Shown here one piece after another: positions 62,480 to 64,000 of a DNA stretch of 64,000 nt (position 1 is its first letter; each line of letters begins with the position of its first letter). The notes under the pieces were generated by a model that saw only the letters and a program-made list of their open reading frames with translations, was not told the origin of the DNA and did no database searches. The DNA lies in assembly GCA_965287045.1 (NCBI GenBank), contig OZ336878.1, positions 42,346,001 through 42,410,000 of the forward strand, read 5' to 3'. A program made the translations under genes and the position numbers. The stretch comes from Carcharhinus amblyrhynchos. Its lineage: Eukaryota.

Positions 62480-62780
62480 ACCTCTACCATCTAGAAGGAC
62501 AAGGCAGCAGATGTACAACCACAGGTGCACCACCACTTGCAAGTTCCCTTCCAAGCCACACACCATCCTGATTTGAAACTATATTACTGTTTCTTTACTG
62601 CTGCGAGGTCAAACTCCAGGAACACCCTCCCTAACAGCACTGTGGGTATCCCTACAACACATGGACTGCAGCCTGTTCAACAAGGCCACTCACCACCACC
62701 TTCTCAAGGGCAATTTGTATGCCCTAAGAATTTTGGCCAGCCAGCCACACCTACATTTCATGAAGAAATGATAAAAAAAG
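62480..62780 (+). mobile_element. Second LINE family, 3' end
   Basis: CCATCTAGAAGGACAAG..GCAAGTTCCC..CACATGGACTGCAG..CACCACCACCTTCTCAAGGGCAA, matching 23225-23490. Confidence 0.85.
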
Positions 62781-63934
62781 TGCTCCTGCTGAGAGCCCTT
62801 CTCCCCTCTCCTCCCTTTGAGTGGTTTGACCTCTGTGTCACCTCTCCTCATTCTAGCTGTCATTCTGCAGGCCAAAGAGGTGAGAAACTACAATGCCCAG
62901 GACTGTGCACAATGACAGAAGCGAGAGCCAAGTCCTTTCCAATGTCTCACATTATGAGATGTGGGACGAATGGTAAATCTGTAGGCTCATGCTTACGGAT
63001 GGTAAATCTGTCAACTTCAGCAACTTTATGTAGTTCTGCAAACAGTTCTAACTCAGCCACAGAAGACAGAAATCAATCAGCAATCAATCTGAAAATGGGT
63101 TAAAGGAGGAAAGGATTCCTTCAAGTTGCTGAACACAGGTTCAGCTGAGCGAGGTTAAGCAGAAGCATTGACATTGCAAAGTCATTGCAAGCGTCAAATC
63201 ATTGTTACATGTTGACTGACTTCATTAACTGCCTTTTCTGCTAAGTATGGAACCAAAGAGACCTGGTCTAACTGAATTGAATAGTGAGGAAGACTCTTAA
63301 GTCATTAATCATATGATTAGGCTGTCAGAGGCTAATTAATTCAACCTTGGAACATTGTTGCAGGAATTCTTGAGTGCAGTATTCCTCAGTTTACATATCT
63401 TCAGCCACTATATCAATGACTTCTCTCCATCAATGAGGTCAGAAGTGGAGGTGTTTGCTGATGATTGCATTCAGAATCCTCAGAATGTGAAGCAATCCCT
63501 ACCTGCATGCAGCAAAAACCACCTGGGCAACACAAGACTTGGGTTAATAAATTGGAAGGACATTGAATTTTGGACACTCTCCCTCCCTACTTTTGAGGCC
63601 AATTCATTTTTGGTCTATGAGCTTTGTGCAACCAGGGGATCCCCTCGACAGGTTCAAGTCTGGGTTAATCTGTTGTAAACCTCACTGATGTGGTGCAAAC
63701 AATCTTGTGGGGGTGCTGGAGGCGGGGGGAGAATCCGCCAAGGGGGATCTTCAATTAGATTTAATTTATTTAAATGAATGGAAATCAGGTTCTTGCCCAA
63801 AATGAGCATGAACCTGATTATGTCGCTGATGAGGGCCAGTGAAAATCGGAGGTCCTGATCTTGCTGGCAAGATTCGCCATTCTCAGGTTTTGCTGCACCT
63901 TAAGTCCTCGTCGGTGATCTCACAGATGGAAAGT

Positions 63935-63946
63935 ATGTCTGTGTGT

Positions 63947-63978
<32 letters not shown>
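63935..63978. repeat. (TG)n microsatellite, interrupted
   Basis: Direct reading. Confidence 0.95.
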
Positions 63979-64000
63979 ACGGATGGATGCTTGCATGCAA

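Noticed and set aside
62525-63103. 192-aa plus-strand ORF
   Set aside because: Runs through a LINE 3' end into unrelated flank; chimeric read-through

Overview
Eukaryotic, repeat-dense intronic or intergenic DNA, most likely from a shark or other cartilaginous fish (inferred from HE1/V-SINE-like and DeuSINE/SacSINE1-like SINEs and HER1-like CR1 LINEs). I find no convincing host protein-coding exon; the long ORFs all belong to transposable elements. Content: many CR1-clade LINE copies of different ages, including a young family at 1.76-4.2, 39.1-40.0 and 48.6-49.1 kb and a near-full-length decayed copy at 23.8-27.3 kb; a second CR1/L2-group LINE with its partner SINE; tRNA-derived SINEs; DeuSINEs; Gypsy integrase fossils; PIF/Harbinger transposase and Myb-like fossils plus MITEs; microsatellites. 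The best-preserved structure is a young Penelope-like element (30767-31984). It has an open GIY-YIG ORF, a 12-bp TSD and a perfect 155-bp inverted repeat, and each arm holds a minimal hammerhead-ribozyme motif. It lies inside a TAA-flanked Harbinger-type element (30298-33197). These are mostly known element classes; I cannot claim a wholly new system from sequence alone. Boundaries of old elements are approximate and family names come from recalled consensus features, not database searches.
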